A stretch of 64,000 nucleotides of DNA, from the NCBI GenBank assembly GCA_946965045.2, contig OX337240.1:2418001-2482000 (forward strand). The letters are read 5' to 3'. Under the pieces are notes generated by a model. It did not search any database and had not been told where the DNA came from. It was given only the letters and a program-made list of their open reading frames with translations. The position numbers and the translations under genes are program-made. Shown piece after piece: positions 21,501-32,178 of the stretch. Position 1 is the stretch's first letter, and each line of letters opens with the position of its first letter. This stretch comes from Epithemia pelagica. Lineage: Eukaryota; Protista; Bacillariophyta.

Positions 21501-22023
21501 ACTCATTGGGGTACACGATGTACTCCCGTCTATCATCTGGACCAAGAATTTCATACAGGCACAAGGCCATGAGATTAAGGACGTAACCCTACATCAAGAC
21601 AATCAGAGTAGTATTCTATTGGCGAAAAATGGACGGCTATCCAGTTCTAAACGAACCAAACATATCAACCTTCGCTACTTTTATATCACGGACTGCATCA
21701 AGCGCAAAGAGCTGGATATTGCATTCTGTCCGACTGAAGAGATGGTCGCCGATTTTTTTACCAAGCCATTACAAGGTCGCATATTCTACCAATTGCGTGA
21801 TATCATCATGAATGTACCAGCGGATAGTAAATATCATTCCTCGGCACAAAGGAGTGTGTTGAGGATAGCAGAGCCACCGGTGAATATAGAGGACCAAGGT
21901 GCGACTGGCGAAGGGAAGAAAGATTCGAAAGATACGGAATCATGGACATTGGTTTGTCGACGTGGCAAAAGCAACGAAAGAACGAACAAGAGAGCTAACG
22001 CTCATTCAATGGAGAATACGTAG
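18517..22023 (+). CDS. pol: integrase-RT-RNase H of element 4 (+1 frame relative to gag-PR; reads into the 3' LTR)
   Basis: Motifs TIDVMHVN, EHVGDVERYIR, GRGCADGR, WHIDDL, WWVDASYA, HQDNQS and ADFFTKPL. Confidence 0.9.
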   Translation: MLQSSFVTTVSENEDSYSPEEIRRAKSARSLLAKIGRPSTKDYLHILRHNLLPNANITTDDVHRAEKIYGPDLGTLKGKTTRRKSPFVDTSTTVPPRIAEEHKDVTLTIDVMHVNNVPFLVTTSRKIHFGTIDAIQSTTDANITQSLKKTVAVYRRGGMRPRIVLADGAFTSDDMQANLQLLGITINPTARDEHVGDVERYIRTVKERMRCVYNTLPFKALPKVMLIELAKFATFWLNCFPHQTGISKTQSPRLLVTGEHIDFNKHCRYEFGQYVQCHEQHDNTMAPRTIVAIALRPTGNRQGSYYFLSLTSGRVITRNHATALPMPEEVIQRVHQLAQSQEMQPGLAFGNRDNRILFLDENNELFDDDDDSYEDEQDMDEDLRYDDDLVENELANENVPGDDNVIDEPEPNHPLDNLDLEPLEIQGVGAEANLPDPVDDDQDYGEREQNNNDAINDDAMEDVDMDNDDEDDGGELAGGLEEEEKEEEASHTVEDVGMENADHEQENNNQPENEPRYNLRPNRQRSYAHRYGHSYAAVDKLQRGRYDGYLRDGILYLVSTEINMATPQMPMKKGIKLFGDKGVAAVKVEIQQLHDRGVLRAVHKTDLTWNQVQEALGYLMFLKRKRCGKIKGRGCADGRKQRAYIDKPESASPTVATESVFITAVIDALERRVVAVADIPGAFMHSDMDPDVYMRLDGLMAELLLEVDYDTYAPFLTYEKGQPVIYVEMLKALYGTLRAARLFWEKLTAVLKSWGFVINPYDSCVANKHVNDRQLTVTWHIDDLKVSHVDGKVVHQFLDDLRAEFGQLGEISVSEGTRHDYLGMFLDYGEDGVVQVDMRSYLDTILLDLPKEWIGRARSPAAKHLYHVNPKTHKLDETKSDRFHSVTMQLAYMAQRGRPDIRTAVTFLSTRVMAPDDDDYRKLGRVLKYLQSTRDLILRLEGDPMMHMWWWVDASYATHPDLKGHTGGFMTMGKGAVVTASSKQKLVARSSTECELIGVHDVLPSIIWTKNFIQAQGHEIKDVTLHQDNQSSILLAKNGRLSSSKRTKHINLRYFYITDCIKRKELDIAFCPTEEMVADFFTKPLQGRIFYQLRDIIMNVPADSKYHSSAQRSVLRIAEPPVNIEDQGATGEGKKDSKDTESWTLVCRRGKSNERTNKRANAHSMENT

Positions 22024-22079
22024 TTCGATAAGCCTATAAAGAGTTGCTTTTACGGCACGGCTTGTTAGAAGTTTCAACA
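21857..22079 (+). repeat. 3' LTR of element 4
   Basis: Direct repeat of 15980-16202. Confidence 0.95.
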
Positions 22080-22127
22080 ACTACGCTGTCACGGTGGAAT
22101 TTTTCGTCCCCCGGAGCCCATACCAAA

Positions 22128-23669
22128 ATGTCGATGCCGGTGATTGACGCGGTGCAGAAGAAGAGGAAGGCGACGATGACGACAATGGTGTATTCACCTG
22201 AGCAGCAAGCAACCAGCTTCATGGAAGCCATACTGGCGGACCCGACTGTGCTACACCCAATTTCGGATAAACTCCACTGCATTTTCAAGAAAATTCCGCA
22301 TCCTGTCTTTACGAAAAACGTTGTAGATATTGCAATTCGACACCAGGACTTGACCTTTTGGGAATCCTGTGTTGCTGAATTGGAGAATCCTTCTGAGACC
22401 CGAAATCGCATGGTTTCGATCGGGTCTCCAGGGATTGGCAAATCAACAACCGCACTGTTTCTTATTAGAAAGCTCTTGTACATGGGGCTGACTGTGGTCT
22501 TTATGATGAAGGGCGAGGGACTAATTGTCCAATTCAAGCCGAACGGAGATAAAGTGACTGGTGCGAATGACGTGGATGTAGAAATTTTCCCAGAAACAAC
22601 GCCAAAATGGGAGATAGCATCTTTGTTGGATCAAAGAACATACTACATTGTGGACCCAGGCATGACGAAGGAGAACTGCAACCCCCCGGGAAGAGTGAAC
22701 GCAAAAGTGATAATAGTGGCTTCCCCTGATGAAAGACACTGGGGGGGAAACTCGTTCCCGAAAGACGAGCCTGGTTTTCCTGGTGGATTCTACCGTTATT
22801 TCCCACCTTGGACGTTGATGGAACTCCAGGCTGCGGCGCAAGAAATATTAAATTCAGGGCCTGTACAGTCACAGGAGATCGAACGGCAGTTCTCCGTTTT
22901 CGGCGGCATACCCCGACACGTTTTCAAACTTTCTGAAGCAGCTGAAAATGAACAGATATTGGAACAAAGGATCAGAGCTCTTTCGCCAACTCAAGCGCGG
23001 AACCTTATCTCTGGGTTCTTTCCACTCCATGCGAAGTTCGGCGCAGATCAGCCGCAAGGGGGGATCACCATCTTCACGCCAAAACGCAGTTTCAAGGCCG
23101 TGACTGTCAGTCTTGCCTCAGATTCTGTACGCGGCTGGGTTCGTTCATTTTTTATGGACAACATTTGGAGCGACCTGGCGTTGTACCCAACGCCCACCGC
23201 TTGGCAACTACTCGAAAGCTACATGATGGAGGCGTTGGAGAAGACTAACCAGTACACAGTACGCAAGTGCGTCGGCAAAAATGAAAACCAGTACTCACAT
23301 GTGTTCACTGTACAGCTAGGAGGCTGTGCTTCCAAGTCGTTCCAGATGGACTGCACCGACGCGGTGTTCGATGGGGCAGACAATGTCCTCTTCTATTCAT
23401 CCGACAGTACACACCCACTCTACGATATGGTATATAAGAGAGGCTCCATATTCCATGCCTTTCAGGTCACTGTCGGTCGCACCCATGATTCTAAGGAAGC
23501 TCAGATTAGGGCCATAGCATCGAGGTTGCTTACCCATGCAGGAGACGAGTTGAGGCTGTACTATGCTGTTCATGAGAGTATTTTTGACTCCTTTGTCACC
23601 AATCCAGTGAGACCTATTGCTGTTCAAGGAGTGTCCCTCTATCATTTGTGTTTGCAAAAGAATCTCTAG
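22128..23669 (+). CDS. Crinkler/RHS-type P-loop NTPase fused to a restriction-endonuclease-like domain
   Basis: Walker A GSPGIGKS, Walker B YIVDPG, ASP and GGIPR motifs, and a C-terminal HPLYD...FQVTVGRTH motif. First ATG at 22128. Confidence 0.72.
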   Translation: MSMPVIDAVQKKRKATMTTMVYSPEQQATSFMEAILADPTVLHPISDKLHCIFKKIPHPVFTKNVVDIAIRHQDLTFWESCVAELENPSETRNRMVSIGSPGIGKSTTALFLIRKLLYMGLTVVFMMKGEGLIVQFKPNGDKVTGANDVDVEIFPETTPKWEIASLLDQRTYYIVDPGMTKENCNPPGRVNAKVIIVASPDERHWGGNSFPKDEPGFPGGFYRYFPPWTLMELQAAAQEILNSGPVQSQEIERQFSVFGGIPRHVFKLSEAAENEQILEQRIRALSPTQARNLISGFFPLHAKFGADQPQGGITIFTPKRSFKAVTVSLASDSVRGWVRSFFMDNIWSDLALYPTPTAWQLLESYMMEALEKTNQYTVRKCVGKNENQYSHVFTVQLGGCASKSFQMDCTDAVFDGADNVLFYSSDSTHPLYDMVYKRGSIFHAFQVTVGRTHDSKEAQIRAIASRLLTHAGDELRLYYAVHESIFDSFVTNPVRPIAVQGVSLYHLCLQKNL

Positions 23670-24201
23670 TGGTGAGCTACTTTCTGCCTAAAGTATTTTG
23701 TGATGTGAGAGCCGCCATGTTTGTGACACCGAGGCGTCCACTTGTCAAAAACTAAGGATAGATGAGAGCAAAAATGAAATCGTGGAAAAGTGCTCCAATC
23801 TTTTTTGTGTTGTGGAGACATCAGGGAAGCAAAAAACGTGAAGCAGATACGGTACCAATTCGAGTGGAATTGCAGGTCTTTTTTTCAAGATGAAATTTGC
23901 GGCTCAGAATCTAAGCAAGCTACCTCTAGCTCGGTAGTCGATGCTCCCCCTGTTTCGCTACGACAAACCGAAGAGTGCTCTTCGTTCGTTGTTGGACTGA
24001 AGTCCCATTATGGAGGGCATGAAAAAGCCTTGGACGGGAAACAAAAGACAAACGACCGCCAGAAGAATGAGTCGGAGTGTTTGTAAGCAAGGTGCGCTCG
24101 TCATGGTCGTCAGTTCGGTTGGTGCTTGTGTTGTAGCAACGATCGGGGCTAACAACACGTGCACTATTGATTTCCCCAAACGCCCTCCCAAAGACTTTAT
24201 T

Positions 24202-25461
24202 TCATACAGTAGTTTCGTTGCGAAATCCACCCCGACGCAATGCTTCATTGTAGTAACTAGCTCGAACAGCAGCGTCCTTCGAGTCCGTTTGTTCCTTGTC
24301 GTTGGCATAGCAACCAATGGGGATTTCGTAGTCATCATCTTCACTGTCGCTGTCATCGCTTGGGGGACATGCTGGCATCAGCTTCTGGCCATTCGACGCA
24401 GAGTAATTAATTGCAGATTTGGCAAGGAGCAACCAAGGATCTGGTAGCGAAGTTCCCCTGCTCATACGAGCCTTCGCAATTCGTACATTAACATTTGGCG
24501 GAAGGGTAAGGGGAATGGGAATCGTTATCTCACGCTTGATTTGCAAATGTTCAGAGATGAGTTTTTTCCAGCGTAAAAGAGTGGCGTTTTTCGAAGTAAA
24601 ATACTCCTCGGGTAGTGATTCAAATACGTTCTTGCACAGAAGATGACCCGCAATACCCTTCATAAAATGAGTCACATTTTGACACGCCGTAGTTATTTCC
24701 TCTGGACTGCAAATGCCTTTTGCTAACCGAAGTATCTCACTCGCCACTGTTTCCTTTCTAGGACCAAAGGTAAAGACGGCCGCGTCATAGTCAACCGCGT
24801 GATGATCGTCCGTGGCCCAATTCAAAATCTGATCCAGCGGTAACAGTGGAACGATCAACACAGATGGCTTATCGGAATCAAAATGCTCTCCCTGGAGCTT
24901 CAAATACATTTTGTTGAATTTGTGGCCCTTTAATGATGTGTATTGGAAGCCTCCCTTAACCCCCACCAGGAGTTTACGCCGGTTTGTGTGCATGTGTCCG
25001 TTGAGTCCAAGATCTTCAATCTTAATTCCAATGGCTGCCTCGGCAAGGAATGGATAAGCTCTATGGCAGATCTTGGTATGAGAAAGTAAATGGGCCGCCT
25101 GCCCACCGAGGTTTCCAACTGGGTCGATTTTCTCTGTATTGCCCGTATGGTTTGCCGTGCCAGATGTCCAGTCTGGATCTCTGATCTCGTTTGAAATATG
25201 TCGGTAGCAAGATTGATATAATCCACCCTGAGCTGGGTTTCGCGTAATGTTGTCAAAGTCTAGGGCCGGAGTGGCGAGGCGATACGTCGATTCGCCCCAA
25301 ACATGCTCCATGTGCGAGAAGTGCTTTCCACGCAGCCGTCTTACACACTCTTGCGTCTCCAAAGAATGCAAAAAAGCATTTCTTTCCTGCTCAAGTTGAT
25401 GAATTGTTTTGTTTGATCCTGACCACATATGTGGTTGTTGATTTGGTTGTTGCGCTACCAT
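24202..25461 (-). CDS. putative HNH (His-Me finger, HNH_2-like) endonuclease protein
   Basis: AAHLLSH...NKMYLKLQGEHFD...VLIVP resembles the HNH_2 pattern AAHI.P...N.L.L...H..FD...I.P. First in-frame ATG at 25461. Confidence 0.55.
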   Translation of the reverse strand: MVAQQPNQQPHMWSGSNKTIHQLEQERNAFLHSLETQECVRRLRGKHFSHMEHVWGESTYRLATPALDFDNITRNPAQGGLYQSCYRHISNEIRDPDWTSGTANHTGNTEKIDPVGNLGGQAAHLLSHTKICHRAYPFLAEAAIGIKIEDLGLNGHMHTNRRKLLVGVKGGFQYTSLKGHKFNKMYLKLQGEHFDSDKPSVLIVPLLPLDQILNWATDDHHAVDYDAAVFTFGPRKETVASEILRLAKGICSPEEITTACQNVTHFMKGIAGHLLCKNVFESLPEEYFTSKNATLLRWKKLISEHLQIKREITIPIPLTLPPNVNVRIAKARMSRGTSLPDPWLLLAKSAINYSASNGQKLMPACPPSDDSDSEDDDYEIPIGCYANDKEQTDSKDAAVRASYYNEALRRGGFRNETTV

Positions 25462-25976
25462 TATTGCGGAGTTATTGGATCCCTCTCTTTGTCGTTGTCG
25501 TGGCCAGTCTCTTGCTTTGATTGAGAAAGCGGTCGACAGTTTCGCTTTTGTTGGCAATCAGCAGCAAACGTCGTTGAAGCGGCTGCGTTGCTCCAAAAAC
25601 TCGGAGCACCCAACGAAGATGTTGTTAGACATAACCTTACTAGAGGTCTACCGGTAGGACTACCGGTAGCTAGAGTAGATTGAAACCGCCACGGCGGTAT
25701 AGGACGGCTGAGTTCAGTATCCGTGAGCCACATACCCCCAAGCATGTGAGTGAGTCTCGCGTGATCGCATGCACTGCGGGGCCCATTCTATCGACGCGCG
25801 AAAGCGCGATTTTTGTGGTCATGCTCACCAAAATTCCTTCCAAATCGCATCGCGCTTTCACGCAGGCCATTCTATCAAAGCGCGATTTTGCGATTGCACT
25901 CATTATACGCATGTGCGACCGGACCCGAAAATCGAAAGATAGCACGAGTAGCTTTTGCCCTAGTTACCCCTACCTA

Positions 25977-26808
25977 CCGTAATTTGCGGATTCCTGTCCC
26001 CCCGGAATGTACAAAAATTAAGAGGAGGGGGACAGGACTACCTACGCAATTTCGGATAATTTTTCTTAAGATTCCATTCACACACTACAATAGAATTAAT
26101 TTCTTAGTAAGACTACTTCACGGTGTTTCAGTCCTTTAGAGGAGGGTCGCCCGGCGCGTAGGGTAGAATGACGAGGAGGGCAAATGTTCGAGGAGGGCGC
26201 ATGCCCGACAAGACATATGCCCGTCGAGTCATTCTCCCGACAAGCCGGGCGCCCGACGAGGAAGGAATGAGAAAACACAGGGGAGTAATCTGCTTACTTT
26301 GTATCTAGATGTGTAGGTAGTGACTACCGCCCGGTTTTATTAGGAGTTGGGATGTCGCAACGACATAATTTTCCTTACACGGTTCACCCATGATGTCGCG
26401 CGATTCGCACGATTACTACTTCCCGGCTCTACAATAAATTCCAACTGTAGTATAAAAAAGTGAGACGAACTACCTGCATAGCTAGGTATAGAGTTAGTAA
26501 ATTAATTTTCAACCTCGGGGTTGTAGAGAACGCTTGGTCGCACAATTCCAGTCAGGGGAAAGACCGTGCTTCAATGCGTAGCCTTAACCCTAATCATAAT
26601 ACCCATCATGCTTTATCTCTTGTTTCTCCTCTTTGAATCACTCCCATGTAATGTCAGGCAGTGTGATAGAAAGCTCGGAACGTGAGGAATGTGGGGGTAA
26701 CCCATAAGCCCAGAAAGAACCTACAGATAAAAAGTTAGGGGGCCATGTACGTTAAAGGGGAGTGGGGGGGACAGGACTATAGGGGGGACAGGAATCCGCA
26801 AATTACGG
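25977..26808. mobile_element. TA-flanked MITE (Tc1/mariner-pogo-like, 832 bp)
   Basis: 27-bp perfect TIR CCGTAATTTGCGGATTCCTGTCCCCCC. TA at 25975-25976 and 26809-26810. No transposase ORF. Confidence 0.88.
26114..26498 (+). repeat. dispersed repeat of about 390 bp, copy 1, containing a hairpin of about 100 nt (26148-26251)
   Basis: Homologous to 32179-32570; nested complementary segments are visible. Confidence 0.85.
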
Positions 26809-27817
26809 TAGATATTTTTTACAAACCATAGCTTTTGTTTATAAGCCATTGTCGCATTTACGCAAGATGAGGAACAAACCTTGCAAACAAGCAACACCTC
26901 GAACATGGATCCATATCGAATGACAATGGGTGTACTAAAGAAGGCTACTTGGGCCACGGATTGGGTTCGTGTGACCTTGGAAAAACAAAGGCCTACAAGG
27001 TCACGGCAATGGTCATGCCTGTACATTTGCGAATATCGTGTTCATCGGCACTAATACCACTGTAAATCAACCCATATCCCACCTGGTATTATACAGATAC
27101 CACCAATCCCACAGCAGCACGCATGTGTGCACAACGACAGTATGAGAAAACACATGGAATCATGGATACAACACAAACATGACAACCACCTCTTGGCAAA
27201 TGTCCCTAGTGTCTTGTGCGTGTGTGTGCACGTACCGTACTAAAGGTGGTCCAACTCGAAACAAAGGCATCAACACAAAGGCATCGGTAAAGTAATCCAC
27301 GCCACCCAAACACTTGGGATGATGATGTCCCAATCCGTTCAAGACTGCGGCAAAGAGCAAGGTCGAGACAAAGAATCCGACGGCGGCACTCAAAAAACGG
27401 CAGCAAAACTGGACCGGAAAGACCAATGCAAATAATGAACCACCCAGGAATGCAAGGTAATACCCAACCACGAACAAGCACCCCCGCCATAATGCAAATC
27501 CGTCGGACTGTGCGACAGTCAAGATAAGGATGACTTTTTCTTGCGAATGGTATCGGGTCGACGAGTACGCCGCCATTGCAAGGACGACGATGATCGACCA
27601 AACCCACACCATCCCAATCCACACGAGGAATTCCGACATCGTGTGTCGGGTCTGTGTTCGAATTCGATGCCAGCAATCTCAATCTTTTGAATGGCGGTGT
27701 TCCGGTTCCGGTTCCGTTCCCTGATGGTACAAATTCTTCTACATCGCCGCGAACGTACAACCAAGTCCTGAAGAACTGCGGCCCAAATTCTTTCTCGTCT
27801 TTATTGGGATTGCGATT

Positions 27818-28573
27818 TTGTTGCTGCTTGTTGGATTGGTGGTCGGAAAATTGGACCTTTGGCGTACCTTGACGGCTGTTCCAGAAGAAACGAACCACAA
27901 CAACAAGTGCTTTCTCCTCACGTCTCAGCAAGGAGGCCAATCACACGTGGCAAACAAGGGCGCTTCTTTGACACAAGCGGATCAAACCTTGGAAGACCTT
28001 GTTGCTCGTATGGAGACTGGCCAAACGTTCTCGACCGATATACTCCCGTCTCTCTACACGTCATTGTTGTCCGGCCTTGTGGATGATTCAGCAAGTCAAG
28101 ACGGACTGGATATGGATTCAATGGTCCAAGATGCGATTGAATTTATTGATACCAACAAGGATGGTTCCATTGATACTTGGGAAATGGAGCATATCCAGCT
28201 CCCGGCCGGAAAATCAGGAAAGTTTTTGTTCGACGATGTAGTGGCCTGCACCGGTGTTGCAACTGGCGCCGAGGGCAGTGAAGCCGCTCTGGATGATCTC
28301 TGTATCACGGCGGACAATGTGGTGGATTTTGTCAACTTGTTTTTTGGTGGTTCTTCGGTAGTCAGTCCCGAATTGGCCCAACACATTCAAGAGGAGAGTG
28401 GAGCCGATACTTGTTTTACACGGACGGAATTTGGGAACTTGTTTCAGTCATCCTTGTCTACCAACAACAACCAGACCTCCTTATTGTTGGGTGCGAGTGT
28501 GACACTGTCCATGAATCCGTTCTCACTGGTGTTTGGGATTGGAATGGCCATGATGGTGTTTGGTCTCTCCTAA
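27818..28573 (+). CDS. hypothetical membrane-anchored protein with an EF-hand-like motif; 5' end unresolved
   Basis: Hydrophobic N- and C-terminal segments and an EF-hand-like loop in FIDTNKDGSIDTWE. No in-frame ATG upstream. Confidence 0.45.
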   Translation: MLLLVGLVVGKLDLWRTLTAVPEETNHNNKCFLLTSQQGGQSHVANKGASLTQADQTLEDLVARMETGQTFSTDILPSLYTSLLSGLVDDSASQDGLDMDSMVQDAIEFIDTNKDGSIDTWEMEHIQLPAGKSGKFLFDDVVACTGVATGAEGSEAALDDLCITADNVVDFVNLFFGGSSVVSPELAQHIQEESGADTCFTRTEFGNLFQSSLSTNNNQTSLLLGASVTLSMNPFSLVFGIGMAMMVFGLS

Positions 28574-28603
28574 GTGCTAGGTCAGCCACAGTCGAAGGAT
28601 CTA

Positions 28604-28890
28604 CTATGTTGAATCTAATTCAGAAGTAACCATGTTTTTGTTTGTCTTCATGTTCCTGCCGTACAAGTATTTTGAAAAAGTTGAGTATAGGTTTCCTTGT
28701 TGATGGATAAGAGGGTAATACCTTACATTCCAGCAATGTCCAAGAGGTACGTCCTCGGCCTCATCCATGTTGCCCATGAATGCCTTCAAACACAAATAGT
28801 CACTATCATTGGCAAAAATCACAACATGATATTCATCGCTTTGAATGCCGGCACTACCATTGTCGTAGACAGGGAGATGAAGGACTCGCC
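28604..28890 (-). pseudogene. possible PIN/XPG-like nuclease fragment
   Basis: YHVVIFANDSDYLCL resembles the xDSD motif of XPG/PIN-fold nucleases; short and without context. Confidence 0.2.
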
Positions 28891-29057
28891 TCTACTAGGT
28901 AGAGAGGTATTAGTGGTAGAGGATGAGCCCACATGAACTAGAGATTATGTGATGTTTGCAAAATTTCCCTGCTTTGAATGCGACATCATTCCTCTAGTTC
29001 ATAGCAAGGGAACCATGAATGGTTGGACTGGTTCCAAACTACTAAGCTCGCCAGAAC

Positions 29058-30904
29058 TTATCTATCCCGCAAACATCCAAACGAGGGCGAAATCCTACGA
29101 TTACTATTGATGAGGAAAGGGTAGCTCGAGAAGCACCTTGCATTCGCTCGTGTCCCCATGACGATTCCACTTCCACCGAATACAAGTGGAGTGGAGTCGC
29201 TACCAGTGGTCGCTAGACGATAGCGAATGGTAGCGATGTTTTTGCCCCGCACTTTTCTGTTCCCCAACCAAAACCACAAGAGGAAGAGATATCTACGCAT
29301 TATCGCCGCCAAATTATGGGGGAATGAGAGAGAGAACATGGTCAGCATGATGGCGGCCAATGATTGATTTTGGATTGTTTTGCCATGGGCAAACCATGAA
29401 GAAACAACCACAAGGTCCTGCTGAGGAGGGTCGTTGACCATACGAACCGACCTCATATACTCCTCATCATTTTGGATCATTGTTGCTAAAAGAAAAAGAA
29501 GGAGAATGATCGAGGCTCGTCTTGTCCTTTTTGCCATGCCACCACATCTTGTTGTGATGCGGGTTCTTGTTCCACCACCACCTCTTAGGGTGACGCTGCA
29601 GCTGCTGGTTCGGCTCGGTTTGGTTCACCACCATTCTTCGATTACGGGACGAGTAGTACTCTGGAAAGGACCAGGCCAGGTCTGTGGAGTCCTTTCCTTG
29701 TGTTTTTTTTTGGCAACTCGTGGAAGATTCGCATCAAGGCTTTTTTGTTTTGGGCCGTGGTACCCGTTTGTTGCAAGCGATCCAACACAATGTTGCGCAG
29801 ATTGCTGGGCAAGGCTCGATCCAAGGCTTGCACGTGCAATTGTTCGACACCAAAGGTTTGAAACAACCAGGACCAACCCAAGGGCAAGGGAGGTTTGTAC
29901 GAGTGTCTGTTTTGTGATTGTAGTACTTATTTGAATGGCGATTGCCTCGTCGTTTCCCACCCATGGCAGTAATACTCCTCACCCACGACGACGACGCCAG
30001 TGTCACGGCCCGCACGACAGCCACCTGTGTCGCCGCACCAGTCGGTGCTTGCAGGCGAGACCAACATTGAAACTGCACAAATTCACTGGGTGGTAATTGT
30101 CGCACCACTTGCGAGCGAGAAAGAAGAGTCGTTTTTGTACTCACATGGCTGCTATGGCTGATAGGAGGATTCTCGGATGAAAAGGACCAGGACAATGATC
30201 CTGTTTCGGCATCCGTTTCGTCTCCCCGCCCACGATCTGTACTGCTCCTGCTTGTCCTGCGGCTGTTGCTTGTCGGCAAATGATGCGGCCAGGTTCCGAC
30301 ACCATGACCAATGGTAAAGGCAGCCGTCGGACACGAGGTCAAATACGAGGCTGTGGAAGAAACAATCCTGGAGTCAACGGAATGGGGCTTGTCGTCGTCC
30401 TCCTCTAAATCACGTTCTGGATGTGCATGTGTTGGAGGTCGTTTCTCGGCATAATTCCAAACATGAAAGCGACTAGCAGTACTCGAGGAACGATTCTCTG
30501 GAATGTCCTGTTGGTTCTTCTTTTTCTTCTTGCTGGTGTGCTGTTGTCGCTGGTGATGGTGGTTGTTTGGATGCAACCCTCCGTGCTTGTTTCCGTGATT
30601 GTTGCATTCGTGGATTGGGCACAGCCTCGGGCACGAGCATTTTTGTCCAGTCGTGGTCGTTGTGGCCGCTCGTCAATAATGACGCTGTGTGACTCAACGT
30701 TTGTCGCATGGCGGAAGGAGAAGAACGACCACGCGATCTTCGACTGCCACCACAGCTCCACGGTATCCACTCGAAGCAGCAGCAGCACCGCCACCATTGT
30801 CGCCGACAACAGAAGCTGTGTCGTCGTCTTCTGACAGATACTTCCTTGATGCTTGAAAACCACCCGTCTGATTGCCGTGTTTCAATTTCCGGGTCGTCCA
30901 TCAT
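29058..30904 (-). pseudogene. fragmented hypothetical membrane-protein gene
   Basis: Chain of overlapping minus-strand ORFs (30473..30904, 29734..30576, 29625..29960, 29058..29537) with coding-like composition and hydrophobic stretches, broken by frameshifts or introns. Confidence 0.3.
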
Positions 30905-31916
30905 TCCTTGACCCGAATTGAATCTTTCTCCGTCGTTCCTCCGTTGTGATCTTTATCTTTCCATCGTTATCTGTCTCCATTGTTGATATTCTTGTCACGA
31001 CTTTCCCTCATCACTCATCAAACTGGAAGACATTGCAAATGTAGTTGTAGCTCGATCAAACTATCCAACTCATCGCCGCCCTTTTCAACCTTCACGGTAC
31101 ACTCCATTCTGAGGCATGCTTGATGGTCGGAGGAGTGCTAGCACCTTTCGTTGGAGGTGCACTGCGGCTTTACTGTTCATGGTGATGGTGGTGCTATTAT
31201 GCAGTGGTGCGATCGTGAGCCGGGAGCTCGTAACGTCATTCAACGTCAAATTACAGGCTTCGACAGAAAAATGGCTTGTAGAGGTCATAGATTGATGGTT
31301 GGGAGTCTTACATTATTATTAACGATACGTCAAGGGTGAGTCGCCACTCACATTTTACGCGGTTGGAGGTGCACCTCCAAATCATACCATGACTGACCAT
31401 AAAAATAATCATTGCTATATCATTGCCATATATATTTAACCGTTTCACCAACCGCCATGTTTGCTCAATTGTACTTTTTACTCTACTGTCCGTCCGTTTT
31501 CGGTACAGCTGGTCTTTCTGGAAATTCCCACCCCAGACCCCAAGCCTTACGGCCCACCCGTCCCGTTCATACTGAACTCAGACGAACAAATGATACCTTG
31601 GTATTCGGGGTGCAACCGCGAGGATCGCCCCGCAATTCTGGAGCGCGTGGGGTAGGGGTAGGGGGGGCCCGAATGCGACTTCTACAATTAAACATCTTTT
31701 TGTATCAAAGAATAATAGCATTTTTTGCTCATCTGTTTTCAATTTTACTTAGGTGTTTCTTCGACGATGAAGATCTCAATGAATATATGCTCTAGGCATG
31801 TTTTTTAAAGTGTCTAGTAGGAATGTATAGATGATAGAAGAGGCTGAAATAATTTGATGAAGGATACAGGATGAAAGACGAAAGAGCATAGAGAGAACGA
31901 TGCAGTGAAACTTTTT

Positions 31917-32075
31917 GCCAAACTCTTTGACATGCACATGATGTGTTGGGGAACCGGTCGGGAACGGACCGAATCCGAATATGCCTCCCTGCTCACGCAA
32001 TCGGGATGGTCCTTTGTTCAAGCCAAGTACCCGGAAGATCGAGCCATGGGAGTGGTGATTGGAGTCAAAAAGTAA
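31917..32075 (+). pseudogene. C-terminal fragment of a SAM-dependent O-methyltransferase
   Basis: Translates to AKLFDMHMMCWGTGRERTESEYASLLTQSGWSFVQ...VVIGVKK*, typical of the Methyltransf_2 C-terminus. No upstream part seen. Confidence 0.7.
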
Positions 32076-32178
32076 ACGACTAGTACTGTGCAACATATCA
32101 TGGGGGTGTTGTTCGCACCGAAGAGTCCTACATCATATCATTGGGGCTTTGATACTGGGACACACGAGATAGTATTAA

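Larger units (their letters stand above)
15980..22079 (+). mobile_element. full-length Ty1/copia LTR retrotransposon (element 4, 6.1 kb) with an extra 5' ORF
   Basis: 223-bp TG...CA LTRs at 15980-16202 and 21857-22079 (1 mismatch). TSD ACTAC at 15975-15979 and 22080-22084, PPT at about 21848-21856, Gag-PR-IN-RT-RH order. Confidence 0.96.
15944..22111. repeat. 19-bp perfect inverted repeat flanking element 4 (arms 15944-15962 and 22093-22111)
   Basis: GGGGACGAAAAATTCCACC / GGTGGAATTTTTCGTCCCC. The spacer is 25 nt once the element and one TSD are removed. Confidence 0.9.

Noticed and set aside
25790-25890. GCGCGAAA / AAAGCGCGAT repeats (also near 52740) as E2F-like sites
   Set aside because: Short motifs in CpG-rich promoters could occur by chance; there is no independent support.
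26148-26251. Hammerhead or HDV ribozyme, or tRNA/SRP identity, for the hairpin repeat
   Set aside because: No CUGANGA/GAAA core, no cloverleaf, and no recognisable conserved boxes.
26603-26615. TTAACCCTAA telomere-like motif
   Set aside because: A single unit with no array.
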